DNA of 64,000 nt from a virus: positions 4,464 to 68,463 of the IMG/VR virus record IMGVR_UViG_3300010885_014887, one strand, 5' to 3'. This document shows, piece by piece, positions 52,449-61,385 of the stretch; the first letter of the stretch is position 1; the number at the start of each line of letters is the position of its first letter. The notes beneath the pieces were generated by a model, which was given only the letters and a program-made list of their open reading frames with translations, did not search any database and had not been told where the DNA came from. The position numbers and the translations under genes were made by a program.

Positions 52449-53529
52449 TATAATGAAGAATCATGCACTAATATTTCCATGTGTTTATCCTGATAAGATA
52501 CAAAGATCTTTAGGGGGGCATCGTATTGCTTCTTTTTTACGAGAATATAATTGGGATGTTGAGGTTATAGATTATGTGTTACATTTTACTATTGATGAAT
52601 TAAAAGAAATAGTTAGATCTAGAGTAACTTCTTGTACAAAATTTTTTGGATTTTCTTTTATTTTTAATGAATATGATCATAATTTCCTACAAGAATTTTT
52701 ACCTTGGTTAAAGAAAATGTATTCGGATATTTTAATAATCTTTGGAGGACAAAATATTGTTGTAAATCCATATCCTGCTGATTATTATGTAAATGGTTTT
52801 GGTGAAAATGCATTGATGGCAATACTTAACTATCATTTTACAAATAGTAATAAAGAATTAAAACTAGATGATCGATGGTTATTGGTAGGAAAAAAAGTTA
52901 TTACAAATAATAACTACTCTTCTGCTCCAATGAAAAGCCTATTAGTGAATTATGAAGATAGAGATTTTATTCAACCAGATGAATGGGTGTATACCGAATT
53001 AAGTAGAGGATGCAAGTTTAAATGTGAATTTTGTAATTTTCCTTTGTTAGGAGTAAAAGGTGATTGGACCCGAGATGCAGAAGATTTTGAATTATATTTA
53101 AAAAACATGTACGATAGGTTTGGAGTTAAAAATTATTATATTACAGATGAGACATTTAATGACTCAACTGGAAAAATAGAGAAATTTTCTAATGTAGTTA
53201 AAAGATTAGATTTTGATCCTATATTTTCGGGATTTATTAGAGCAGATTTATTAGTTAGTCGTCCATTAGATAGAGAATTATTAGGAGAAATGGGATTCAT
53301 ATCTCATTTTTACGGAACAGAAACTTTTAATCATTTAACTGGTAAGATAATAGGTAAAGGAATGCATCCGGATAGACTTAAAGAAGGTTTACTAGATGTT
53401 AGAAAATATTTTAAAAATAATACCGTATTATATAGAGGGCAACTTACTTTAATTGTTGGATTACCTCAAGAAACAGAAGAGACTATCGCACAATCTGTTG
53501 ATTGGATTTTTAATAATTGGCAAGGCGAG
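51958..53529. repeat. 74-bp identical direct repeat (51958-52031 / 53456-53529) within tandem B12 radical SAM genes
   Basis: ttggattacctcaagaaacagaagagactatcgcacaatctgttgattggatttttaataattggcaaggcgag occurs exactly in both genes. Confidence 0.9.
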
Positions 53530-53934
53530 GCTATAGTATTTAATTCGTTAGAGTTACAAGAATTTAATAGTTTAGATGCTAATTTAAGTATATTATCTAA
53601 AAATCCAGAAAAATACGGGTATAGAAGATCAAATATACCTATCCCCTCAGTTGACACATTTGAAAGTAAAAAAAAATATATACAGACTAAATTTTCAGAC
53701 AAAATTTTTAATTGGGAAAATGATAATTTTACTTATTCTAGAGCATTAGATTTAGTTAATAAAATTTATCTAAAAGCACATAAGTTAGATTTTAGATTAG
53801 GTGCGTTTAATCTACATGTTTCTGGAGTAAATGATATAAATGAAACTTTAAAATGTGATCAGAAAGTTTATAATTGGTCAGCATTTGATGGAAAAATTTC
53901 TAGATATAAAAACAGTAAGATAAATTATAAATGA
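52453..53934 (+). CDS. B12-binding-domain radical SAM protein (tandem paralogue)
   Basis: LGGHRIASFLREYNWDVEVID; ELSRGCKFKCEFC; TDETFN; IVGLPQET. Confidence 0.85.
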   Translation: MKNHALIFPCVYPDKIQRSLGGHRIASFLREYNWDVEVIDYVLHFTIDELKEIVRSRVTSCTKFFGFSFIFNEYDHNFLQEFLPWLKKMYSDILIIFGGQNIVVNPYPADYYVNGFGENALMAILNYHFTNSNKELKLDDRWLLVGKKVITNNNYSSAPMKSLLVNYEDRDFIQPDEWVYTELSRGCKFKCEFCNFPLLGVKGDWTRDAEDFELYLKNMYDRFGVKNYYITDETFNDSTGKIEKFSNVVKRLDFDPIFSGFIRADLLVSRPLDRELLGEMGFISHFYGTETFNHLTGKIIGKGMHPDRLKEGLLDVRKYFKNNTVLYRGQLTLIVGLPQETEETIAQSVDWIFNNWQGEAIVFNSLELQEFNSLDANLSILSKNPEKYGYRRSNIPIPSVDTFESKKKYIQTKFSDKIFNWENDNFTYSRALDLVNKIYLKAHKLDFRLGAFNLHVSGVNDINETLKCDQKVYNWSAFDGKISRYKNSKINYK

Positions 53935-54623
53935 AAAATATAGACATAACTGACTGGACAAATTACGGAAAATTGATAGATGGTGCATATTCAAGATCTA
54001 ATCTATTATATACTCCTAAAATGAATAAAAATAAAGATATACTTTGTATGTCATGGGATATACATGACCCATACCAGTATAATGATGGAAAAAAAAGAGA
54101 AGGTTTAACATTAGAGTTGATGGATTTCTTTTTTGAAAGAGAAGTAAAAAATCTACAGTTTTTTAAAGATTATGATTGGGTTCCTAAAATTTTAGATTTA
54201 GATATTTTTAATAAAAAAATATTTTTAGAATGGAATGGTGATACAGTAAATGATCTTATAAGTAAAGGATATAACATAGATGAGATTTGTCCTACATGGA
54301 AAAATCAATTACATAATATTTTAAATGATATTTTAGATTCTGGTTATTATAAAATGAGTTTATATACACACTGTTTTTTTATTAATAATAAAGGAATATT
54401 AAAAACTTTTGATTTTTATGCCTGTGTTGAGCGCAGTTATCCTTTTATAGAAATAAAAAAATTAAAAGGAATGATGGGAGAAGATTCTTCTGGAAGATTC
54501 CAAGAGGCTACTGTAAATGATTATGTAGATTTTGATTTTTTCTTTAAACAAGCTATTAAAAAATATATTAAATGGCCTGATAATGCATTGATGGAATTTT
54601 ATAAGGAAAAATTTAATGAATGA
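53931..54623 (+). CDS. Protein-kinase-like fold protein with degenerate catalytic loop
   Basis: FFEREVKNL...VPKILDLD...IFLEW...GYYKMSLYTHCFFI...LKTFDFY. Confidence 0.5.
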   Translation: MKNIDITDWTNYGKLIDGAYSRSNLLYTPKMNKNKDILCMSWDIHDPYQYNDGKKREGLTLELMDFFFEREVKNLQFFKDYDWVPKILDLDIFNKKIFLEWNGDTVNDLISKGYNIDEICPTWKNQLHNILNDILDSGYYKMSLYTHCFFINNKGILKTFDFYACVERSYPFIEIKKLKGMMGEDSSGRFQEATVNDYVDFDFFFKQAIKKYIKWPDNALMEFYKEKFNE

Positions 54624-55191
54624 TTATATTGGTAATTGTAAAAATTTAATAGATTGGAATAAAGTTATAGAAAATTTAGAAAAATCTGATGAAGGTGAAA
54701 TTTTTAACAAAAAAAGAATAGAAAAATTAATAGAAGATATATCTAAAGATGTAAAAAATTCTTCCGAAATCGAACATAATAAACAAACTTCTGTGATATG
54801 GAAAGAAAATAATTATTTTTTAGACTCGATCAATTTTAAATTATATCGACCTGGAAAAAATTACGAACATACAATTTGTGATATAATTTCTTCTTTTTTA
54901 AAAGGAAAATATTTAACGTCGAGTATAAGTAGAGTAGATCCTGGATTCACAGTAGGAATACATAGGGATTCAACACCAAATTTATTGTTAGATAAAACTG
55001 TTAAGAGATATGTTATTTTTATAAATCCTCCAGAAGTGGGACAAATCTTTATATTAGGAGATGAATGTTTTCATAATGAAGAATTAGGAAATATTTATGA
55101 ATGGAGAAATATGGATTTATTGCACTCTGCTGCTAACACTAGTTTTAAATCACAATATCTTTTTCATATTGAGTGTAAATTTGATATATAA
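54616..55191 (+). CDS. Fe(II)/2OG oxygenase-like cupin
   Basis: ISRVDPGFTVGIHRD...RYVIFI...LLHSAAN. Confidence 0.7.
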   Translation: MNDYIGNCKNLIDWNKVIENLEKSDEGEIFNKKRIEKLIEDISKDVKNSSEIEHNKQTSVIWKENNYFLDSINFKLYRPGKNYEHTICDIISSFLKGKYLTSSISRVDPGFTVGIHRDSTPNLLLDKTVKRYVIFINPPEVGQIFILGDECFHNEELGNIYEWRNMDLLHSAANTSFKSQYLFHIECKFDI

Positions 55192-55194
55192 ATA
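55187..55194 (+). promoter_or_regulatory. Perfect T4-type late promoter motif TATAAATA
   Basis: TATAAATA at the gene junction, followed by a GAGG RBS and the ATG at 55218. Confidence 0.45.
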
Positions 55195-55217
55195 TTTTTT
55201 ATAATTGAGGATTTAAA

Positions 55218-55832
55218 ATGGCAACATATATTGGTAATTGTGCTGATCTAATTGATTGGAAAAAAATTACTGCTCCGTTGGATGATATAGTTTCGGATGA
55301 ACTATATAACGCCGATACGATGAGACTTTATGAAAATCATTTTCTCAATAGCACTAATCAATTAAGTGATTTTTTAAAAGATCAAGTTGCTACGAGTTCA
55401 AGTCAAATAGATTATAATTTATTTTTAATCAAAGAATGGTCTTCAAAGTATAGACTAGATACGATTGGTTTTTCTTTATATAGACCTGGAAAACATTATG
55501 ATGCTACAGTAGATAATATTTTAATAAAACTATTAGGAGGTAATATTACTACTACATCAATAAGTAGATTAGATCCTGGCTATAATGTACCTATCCATGA
55601 AGATTATACTAATATAAAAGAACCAAACTATGATCCTAATAAAAAAGTTTGTAGATATGTTATTTTTATTACTCCTCCAGAAACTGGACAATTCTTTACA
55701 TTAGGAGATGAATGTTTTCATAATATAAAAATTGGCGAAATCTATAAATGGGATCGTCCACAACAACTACATTGCGCTGCTAATGCTAGTTATAAGATAA
55801 ATTACCTTTATCATTTACAAGTAGAATATTAA
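55218..55832 (+). CDS. Fe(II)/2OG oxygenase-like cupin (tandem paralogue)
   Basis: ISRLDPGYNVPIHED...RYVIFI...QLHCAAN; shares LGDECFHN with the upstream gene. Confidence 0.7.
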   Translation: MATYIGNCADLIDWKKITAPLDDIVSDELYNADTMRLYENHFLNSTNQLSDFLKDQVATSSSQIDYNLFLIKEWSSKYRLDTIGFSLYRPGKHYDATVDNILIKLLGGNITTTSISRLDPGYNVPIHEDYTNIKEPNYDPNKKVCRYVIFITPPETGQFFTLGDECFHNIKIGEIYKWDRPQQLHCAANASYKINYLYHLQVEY

Positions 55833-55836
55833 AAAT

Positions 55837-56661
55837 ATGAATGATTTATCTGGATTAACGGCATTAGTTACTGGCGGCGGCCAAAATATAGGATTAGGAA
55901 TCTCGAAAGCTTTGGCAAAACGAGGTGCTAATATTATTGTAGCACAGCGTTCAAAAGAAATAGCAAACGATTGTGCTAAGATGATATCTAACAATTATGG
56001 AGTAAAATCTATTGCGATATCGTGTGATTTAACAAAACAAAACGATATAGACATGTTATTTAAAGAATCCCAATTATATTTTGAAAAAATAGACATTTTA
56101 GTTAACGGAGTTGGTGGAAGATTGGGAATTGATTCTATTAAAATAGAAGATCTAACACTAGATCAAATAAATGATAGCATGGATTTAAATTTTAAAACTG
56201 CTTTTTTATGTATGAAATCGGTTTTTCCGTTGATGAAAAAACAGAATTTTGGAAGAATTATTAATGTAACAAGCCATATCACTGAAGGTTTCCATGCCTA
56301 TAGTGCTCAATACAATATAAGTAAACAGGCATTAGTTAGTCTTACAAAAACAGCAGCAGTTGAATGGGGAAAATATAATATTACAGTTAATGCTATATGT
56401 CCTGCTGTAGGTAATGAGAAAATTAAAGTATTAGAAGGCACAGATTTACACAACCTAATACTTAAAATGATACCCACGGGACACTTATCTACTTCTGAAG
56501 ATGATGTTGGATCTATAGTTTCATGGTTAGCAAGTAAAGAGTCAAGATCTATTACAGGTACAATTCAATATGTAGATGGCGGCGTACATATAAATGGTTT
56601 AGGTTCAGATGGCGATAAAACTTTTCACGAAGCTATTAAAAAAACAACACGAGTGCCATAA
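55837..56661 (+). CDS. Short-chain dehydrogenase/reductase (classical SDR)
   Basis: VTGGGQNIG, DILVN, YNISK (YxxxK), ITVNAICP, ITG...VDGG. Confidence 0.9.
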   Translation: MNDLSGLTALVTGGGQNIGLGISKALAKRGANIIVAQRSKEIANDCAKMISNNYGVKSIAISCDLTKQNDIDMLFKESQLYFEKIDILVNGVGGRLGIDSIKIEDLTLDQINDSMDLNFKTAFLCMKSVFPLMKKQNFGRIINVTSHITEGFHAYSAQYNISKQALVSLTKTAAVEWGKYNITVNAICPAVGNEKIKVLEGTDLHNLILKMIPTGHLSTSEDDVGSIVSWLASKESRSITGTIQYVDGGVHINGLGSDGDKTFHEAIKKTTRVP

Positions 56662-56662
56662 A

Positions 56663-57214
56663 ATGGAAAATGTTTTATTTTTAGGACAATTTAATGAAAT
56701 AAATTGGAATGATATATTGGAGGATTTAGAAAATAAAAAAGGTATTAGTATAAATCCTGATTTTTCTAAATGGAATTTAAATACACCAGGATACTTGCAA
56801 ATTTATAAAATATGGAAAGATGCTAAATTTAATTCTAATGCTATTGAATGGATAAATTATTATCCCGAAGATCACTATCCGACATCTGTTGTAGACTCAA
56901 TAGCAAGATTTTTAAATGTAATTCCTTTACGATCTTGGATCAGTCAAATCAATCCTGGATATTTTGCTCCATGGCATTGGGATGTAGACGATAATGAAAC
57001 TGAATATTTAAAATTAGGAACGCCAATAAGGTATAGTTGTTTTATAGAATCTCCTTCGCATGGCCATATATTTATAATTGGAAATGATTATCTTTACAAT
57101 CAAGATCAAGGGAATTTATATCAATGGATAGATTATAAAGAATGGCATAGTGGGATAAATGCCGGAATGGTTCCAAAATATATGTTTCATTTAATTGGAA
57201 TCAAACGTAGTTAA
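56663..57214 (+). CDS. Fe(II)/2OG oxygenase-like cupin
   Basis: WISQINPGYFAPWHWD...RYSCFI...WHSGIN. The start was moved to the ATG at 56663, just after the SDR stop. Confidence 0.7.
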   Translation: MENVLFLGQFNEINWNDILEDLENKKGISINPDFSKWNLNTPGYLQIYKIWKDAKFNSNAIEWINYYPEDHYPTSVVDSIARFLNVIPLRSWISQINPGYFAPWHWDVDDNETEYLKLGTPIRYSCFIESPSHGHIFIIGNDYLYNQDQGNLYQWIDYKEWHSGINAGMVPKYMFHLIGIKRS

Positions 57215-57718
57215 TTGTAATGTGTATCTATTGTCGTATCCAATATTAACGCACCCATGATAACACAGTGGATCTACCCATTGATATAAATCTCCTGCTT
57301 TATAATTTGTAATAATATTATCTTCCCAAACAAAAATATGTCCTGGTTTAAAATCTTCTAGAAACATAGTATATCTTTTTGGATTTTTAATGTCTATTAA
57401 ATGCGGATCGAAATGCATCGGTTGCATTTGTCCCGGTAATAATTTAATTATCCACCAAAGAATCTGTCTATTGTCATTTGGCAATTTAGGCAATACTATA
57501 TTAAATTCTTTCATATCATTGGATTTTTCATTAAACTGCTGGAAGTAATGATTTGATTGACTATAACCTTCTCTAGCCCGTTCTAACGCTTCTTCCAATA
57601 ATGGATTATCTTTCCATCTATACGGTTGCCATACAGGTGTTGTGTCTCCATTGTGAGATTTTATATGACTCATTAAATTTTCAGTTATTAATTCTTTATA
57701 ATTGCCAATATATATCAT
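57191..57718 (-). CDS. Fe(II)/2OG oxygenase-like cupin
   Basis: IIKLLPGQMQPMHFD...RYTMFLEDFKPGHIF...YHGCVNIGYDNRYTLQ. Confidence 0.7.
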   Translation of the reverse strand: MIYIGNYKELITENLMSHIKSHNGDTTPVWQPYRWKDNPLLEEALERAREGYSQSNHYFQQFNEKSNDMKEFNIVLPKLPNDNRQILWWIIKLLPGQMQPMHFDPHLIDIKNPKRYTMFLEDFKPGHIFVWEDNIITNYKAGDLYQWVDPLCYHGCVNIGYDNRYTLQLTTFDSN

Positions 57719-57724
57719 CTTTTT

Positions 57725-58216
57725 TTACTCGTAAGTAGCACATTGAAAAGTTAGTCTTGGGCTATAACCAATATTAGACGCTCCGTGTATTATATTTGGA
57801 TCATCATAAACCCACATGTCTCCTAGTTTATAGTCGGTAATAAATGTTTTATCATATATGAATATATGACCAGGTTGATAATCTTGTAAAGGCATCCAAT
57901 ATCTAATATAATTAGTTTTATCTGGTAAAAACACATCTTTATGCATCGGCATAAAATTTCCTGGAGTCATTTTTATGAACCACCATTGCTCGTATCCTTT
58001 TGTTTGAAAAGGAAGTTTTACTTTAAATGGAAAACTACGAGAGTCATATGAATGCCAATATGTTTTTGTTAAATCGTAACCACATTCTGATGCTATACGA
58101 AATTCTTCTGTATCAGGATTTTCGCTTTTTCCTGGTCTCTCAACGCCATCGTTTGACATTATATAATCTACCCATCTTGGATCTATCCAATTTTTAAAAT
58201 TTCCTATAAATTTCAT
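57725..58216 (-). CDS. Fe(II)/2OG oxygenase-like cupin
   Basis: FIKMTPGNFMPMHKD...RYWMPLQDYQPGHIF...IHGASNIGYSPRLTFQ. Confidence 0.7.
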   Translation of the reverse strand: MKFIGNFKNWIDPRWVDYIMSNDGVERPGKSENPDTEEFRIASECGYDLTKTYWHSYDSRSFPFKVKLPFQTKGYEQWWFIKMTPGNFMPMHKDVFLPDKTNYIRYWMPLQDYQPGHIFIYDKTFITDYKLGDMWVYDDPNIIHGASNIGYSPRLTFQCATYE

Positions 58217-59022
58217 TAGTAACTCTCTAAATGATCTATATTTAATTTTTTTCTAAATGAATCTGAAAATTTACCATCAATTCTTAATCCGTAACTTTGC
58301 TCTATTATTTTTTCTCCACCATGCCAATCTTGATCATTCCACCATGCTGCTCTGGTATTTAGATAAATTTTATTTTTTGTATTAGGGTCCCATAAGTAAA
58401 ATGCTTTTTTTGTATTTGGTCTAATATGTATAAATTCATTTCTATGTAATGTATACGTTTGGTTATTTCCTTTATTTCCATCAAAATCTCTATGCTCAAA
58501 TGGTATACCATCAGCTTCGCAATGAAAAAATATTACTCTTCCTATACTGTCAAAGATATTATCTTCTATCATTTTCTCTACCCACTTAACAACATTTGGA
58601 AAATAAGCGGCTTCTTCCGTTAGTTTTCTTGGAGATGATCTTTCATCCCAACTACCTTGTTCCCATAAGAAGTAATAGATGTAAGGATCATATGCTCCCA
58701 TAGCCATTTTTATATATCTAGTAAATTTATTCCTAATTCTAAAATCATGGAAGTCTTTATATAAATCAATACCTCCTTTTTTTACAGGATTATCATCAGG
58801 GAGGGCTAAGAATTCTTCTATTGCTTTATAAATTGGTTTCCAGTGTATATTATAACTCATGTCTTTAAAATCAAAACCTGGTTTCATCCATGTACCTTCT
58901 TTAGCAAACTCTCTAGATTCGCTAAATCCTCTATATATTTCTGGTTGTAATTTTTCAAAGGTGTCCATGTCTATATATGGTTCTATATCAAAATAAGGTT
59001 GATTATTAATCCCCTTAATCAT
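58216..59022 (-). CDS. Putative Fe(II)/2OG oxygenase-like protein
   Basis: IGRVIFF...PFEHRD...DWHGG...YGLRIDG (HxD...H...R). Confidence 0.55.
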   Translation of the reverse strand: MIKGINNQPYFDIEPYIDMDTFEKLQPEIYRGFSESREFAKEGTWMKPGFDFKDMSYNIHWKPIYKAIEEFLALPDDNPVKKGGIDLYKDFHDFRIRNKFTRYIKMAMGAYDPYIYYFLWEQGSWDERSSPRKLTEEAAYFPNVVKWVEKMIEDNIFDSIGRVIFFHCEADGIPFEHRDFDGNKGNNQTYTLHRNEFIHIRPNTKKAFYLWDPNTKNKIYLNTRAAWWNDQDWHGGEKIIEQSYGLRIDGKFSDSFRKKLNIDHLESY

Positions 59023-60068
59023 GGGTATCTCCTATATTTTTCAGGAATTAAATCTGGCAAAGGTAATCCTTTATTTAATAATGCATCTCTTAAAATAACT
59101 TGATGTACTAGAGGAGAAATTGGATATCCTGGCAATATATCTGCCCACGCTTCTGTTTGTATTTCTTCTAAATCTATAGTTCTAGCATCAGGCCATTGTA
59201 TAAGTTTTACAAAAACGCCATTAATTAAAAATGGATAATGTGCCCTAATACCACTTTTTTCTAATGGAATAATAGACCAGTTGTTTTTATATGCTATTTC
59301 CTTTGTCTTTTGCACTAATTGGCTTAGATAAATTTGTGGTTGTTTTGGATTTCTACCTATATCAGCACTACATCTTATCCTAAAATTTGCGGATGTTTTT
59401 TTATAAAGTTCTTGTATTTCTTTTAGGCAATATTCCATTTGTGACATATCGTCTAATGTATAACTAATATCTTTTATTGTTAATCCTAGTTTAATACAAT
59501 TTTCAATACCTTCTACTTGCTTTTTTCTTATTTTTAACCCGTGATAATCTGGATGATTTAATCCAATAGTCCAAATTAGTTGTTCTATCTCGGTAAATTT
59601 TTTAGCATAATCTAAATCAGATAATCTAACCCCATTTGAAAGTATTATTGTTCGTCTAGGTTGTATAGGTAATTTGAAAACAGAATTAATTAATATATCC
59701 AAATCTTTTCTCATAGTTGGTTCTGCACCAGCTAATGCTAATCCGTATCCGTCATTTTCCCAAGACATTATTTGATCTAATATTGCATCGATTGATCTAT
59801 CTTTAGACATATTATCTGGTACTTGATAACAGTGTTGACATTTAAGATTGCAATGATTTGTTATATCTATAAAATAACCTTTTGGTAAATCTATTTTATA
59901 TTTGTAATTTAAATAAAACTCGGCATCGGGCTCTATTAAATTTTCGCTATAACCATGGACCGGGCAATTTTTTCCAATCCATATTTCATCGTTTTTTTCA
60001 AATTTTGTTCCAGAAATATGTCGATAACAATATTCACATAATGTCATAGTATCATTTAATTTTAACAT
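59019..60068 (-). CDS. Radical SAM protein with N-terminal CxxC...CPxHG metal motif
   Basis: TLCEYC...KNCPVHG; DITNHCNLKCQHCY; LAGAEPT; LSNG. Confidence 0.85.
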   Translation of the reverse strand: MLKLNDTMTLCEYCYRHISGTKFEKNDEIWIGKNCPVHGYSENLIEPDAEFYLNYKYKIDLPKGYFIDITNHCNLKCQHCYQVPDNMSKDRSIDAILDQIMSWENDGYGLALAGAEPTMRKDLDILINSVFKLPIQPRRTIILSNGVRLSDLDYAKKFTEIEQLIWTIGLNHPDYHGLKIRKKQVEGIENCIKLGLTIKDISYTLDDMSQMEYCLKEIQELYKKTSANFRIRCSADIGRNPKQPQIYLSQLVQKTKEIAYKNNWSIIPLEKSGIRAHYPFLINGVFVKLIQWPDARTIDLEEIQTEAWADILPGYPISPLVHQVILRDALLNKGLPLPDLIPEKYRRYP

Positions 60069-60096
60069 TATTGGTATTTATGATAAATTAGTTTAT

Positions 60097-60810
60097 ATGA
60101 AAACATTTAGAAATTTAAAATACAAATATTATTATAATACTGTTCCTGGAGAATCTTCTTGGAGGAATAATTTAATTTATACAAGTCTAGTGTCAGAAGA
60201 TTTTAAAGTATTTGTACAATGGTATTATAACGATGGAGTATATCATGCTGGACAAAATCAAGTAGTAGATCCTGCACTTATGGATGAAAAATGGCAAAGA
60301 GAAATAAAATTTTTATCTTTAATGGAAAAACATTATCCAGATATGATTCCTAAAATATTACATATTAATCAAAAAGAAAAGAAAATATATTTAGAAATAG
60401 ATGGTGTAGATTTCTGGCAACGTAGTTTAGACAGTAATTCTAGTTTTGATAAAATCTTGCCTAATTGGCAAGAGCAAATGCTTGATATAATTAAAGCACA
60501 TAGAACTCTTGGTTTATACAAATATTCTATGCATCCTAGTAGTTATTTTATAATAGATGGTAAACTTAAAAGTATTAATTACTTTTTTACATACAATGAA
60601 TTAGAATCTCAGATATCAATTAAAGATGTTGAAAGCCATATACATAGTAACAGACAGATAGAAATAAAAAAACATCTAGATAAATTGGGAATTAAATGGG
60701 ACATACCTCAATCTTTTGAAACACTAAATCAATTATGCTGGGAAAGTTTTAGAAAAAATTATCCTGAAGAATTTATTGAGAAAGTTAAAAATATAGCATG
60801 TACAAAATAA
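60097..60810 (+). CDS. Protein-kinase-like fold protein (paralogue of 53931-54623)
   Basis: NNLIYT; WQREIKFL...IPKILHIN...IYLEI...GLYKYSMHPSSYFI...LKSINYF. Confidence 0.5.
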   Translation: MKTFRNLKYKYYYNTVPGESSWRNNLIYTSLVSEDFKVFVQWYYNDGVYHAGQNQVVDPALMDEKWQREIKFLSLMEKHYPDMIPKILHINQKEKKIYLEIDGVDFWQRSLDSNSSFDKILPNWQEQMLDIIKAHRTLGLYKYSMHPSSYFIIDGKLKSINYFFTYNELESQISIKDVESHIHSNRQIEIKKHLDKLGIKWDIPQSFETLNQLCWESFRKNYPEEFIEKVKNIACTK

Positions 60811-61364
60811 TACCTTGGTCTCCTTCTTTAGATTTAAAAGAATTTTATGCTAATGCAGCATCTAGAGGATTTGAAAATAACGCCAATCAAAAGATGTTAG
60901 TAGACTCGTTTAATACTGAACGTGAAAAGCAAGTTTGGATTTTGTATTGCGGTGATACTGCTGTCGGCAGTGTTGCTGCCCATAGTTTTGATAATGTAAT
61001 GGGTAAAAATAGTTATAGGATTGCTGCTCGTACTTGTGTGTTTACTGATTTATTATCTGGAAATTACAGAAACGCCTTACGAGGTATTAGTTGTATCACT
61101 AAAAATCAAAACCCAACAGCACAATTTTTAATCCCTACTTGTATTAATTGGGCACCTTCGGGGGCTAACTTATACATTACTACTAATGAAAGTGAAGTTG
61201 GAACACAACGACTAGTTCATCGAATTTTTGGGCCATCTATGGAAAAAACAGGACAGATGAAACGCATTAAAGATGTTGAATATAGGGGTGCATTACAGAC
61301 AGTTTGGCAGTTATTTCCGGATAAATTTTTTGAAATTCTAAATAAATATCCTCAATGGGAATAA
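60798..61364 (+). CDS. Possible GNAT-fold acyltransferase
   Basis: VWILYCGDTAVGSVAAH...YRIAARTC...LYITTN strand pattern; weak. Confidence 0.35.
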   Translation: MYKIIPWSPSLDLKEFYANAASRGFENNANQKMLVDSFNTEREKQVWILYCGDTAVGSVAAHSFDNVMGKNSYRIAARTCVFTDLLSGNYRNALRGISCITKNQNPTAQFLIPTCINWAPSGANLYITTNESEVGTQRLVHRIFGPSMEKTGQMKRIKDVEYRGALQTVWQLFPDKFFEILNKYPQWE

Positions 61365-61385
61365 ATAGTATTAGAGGAGAAAACT

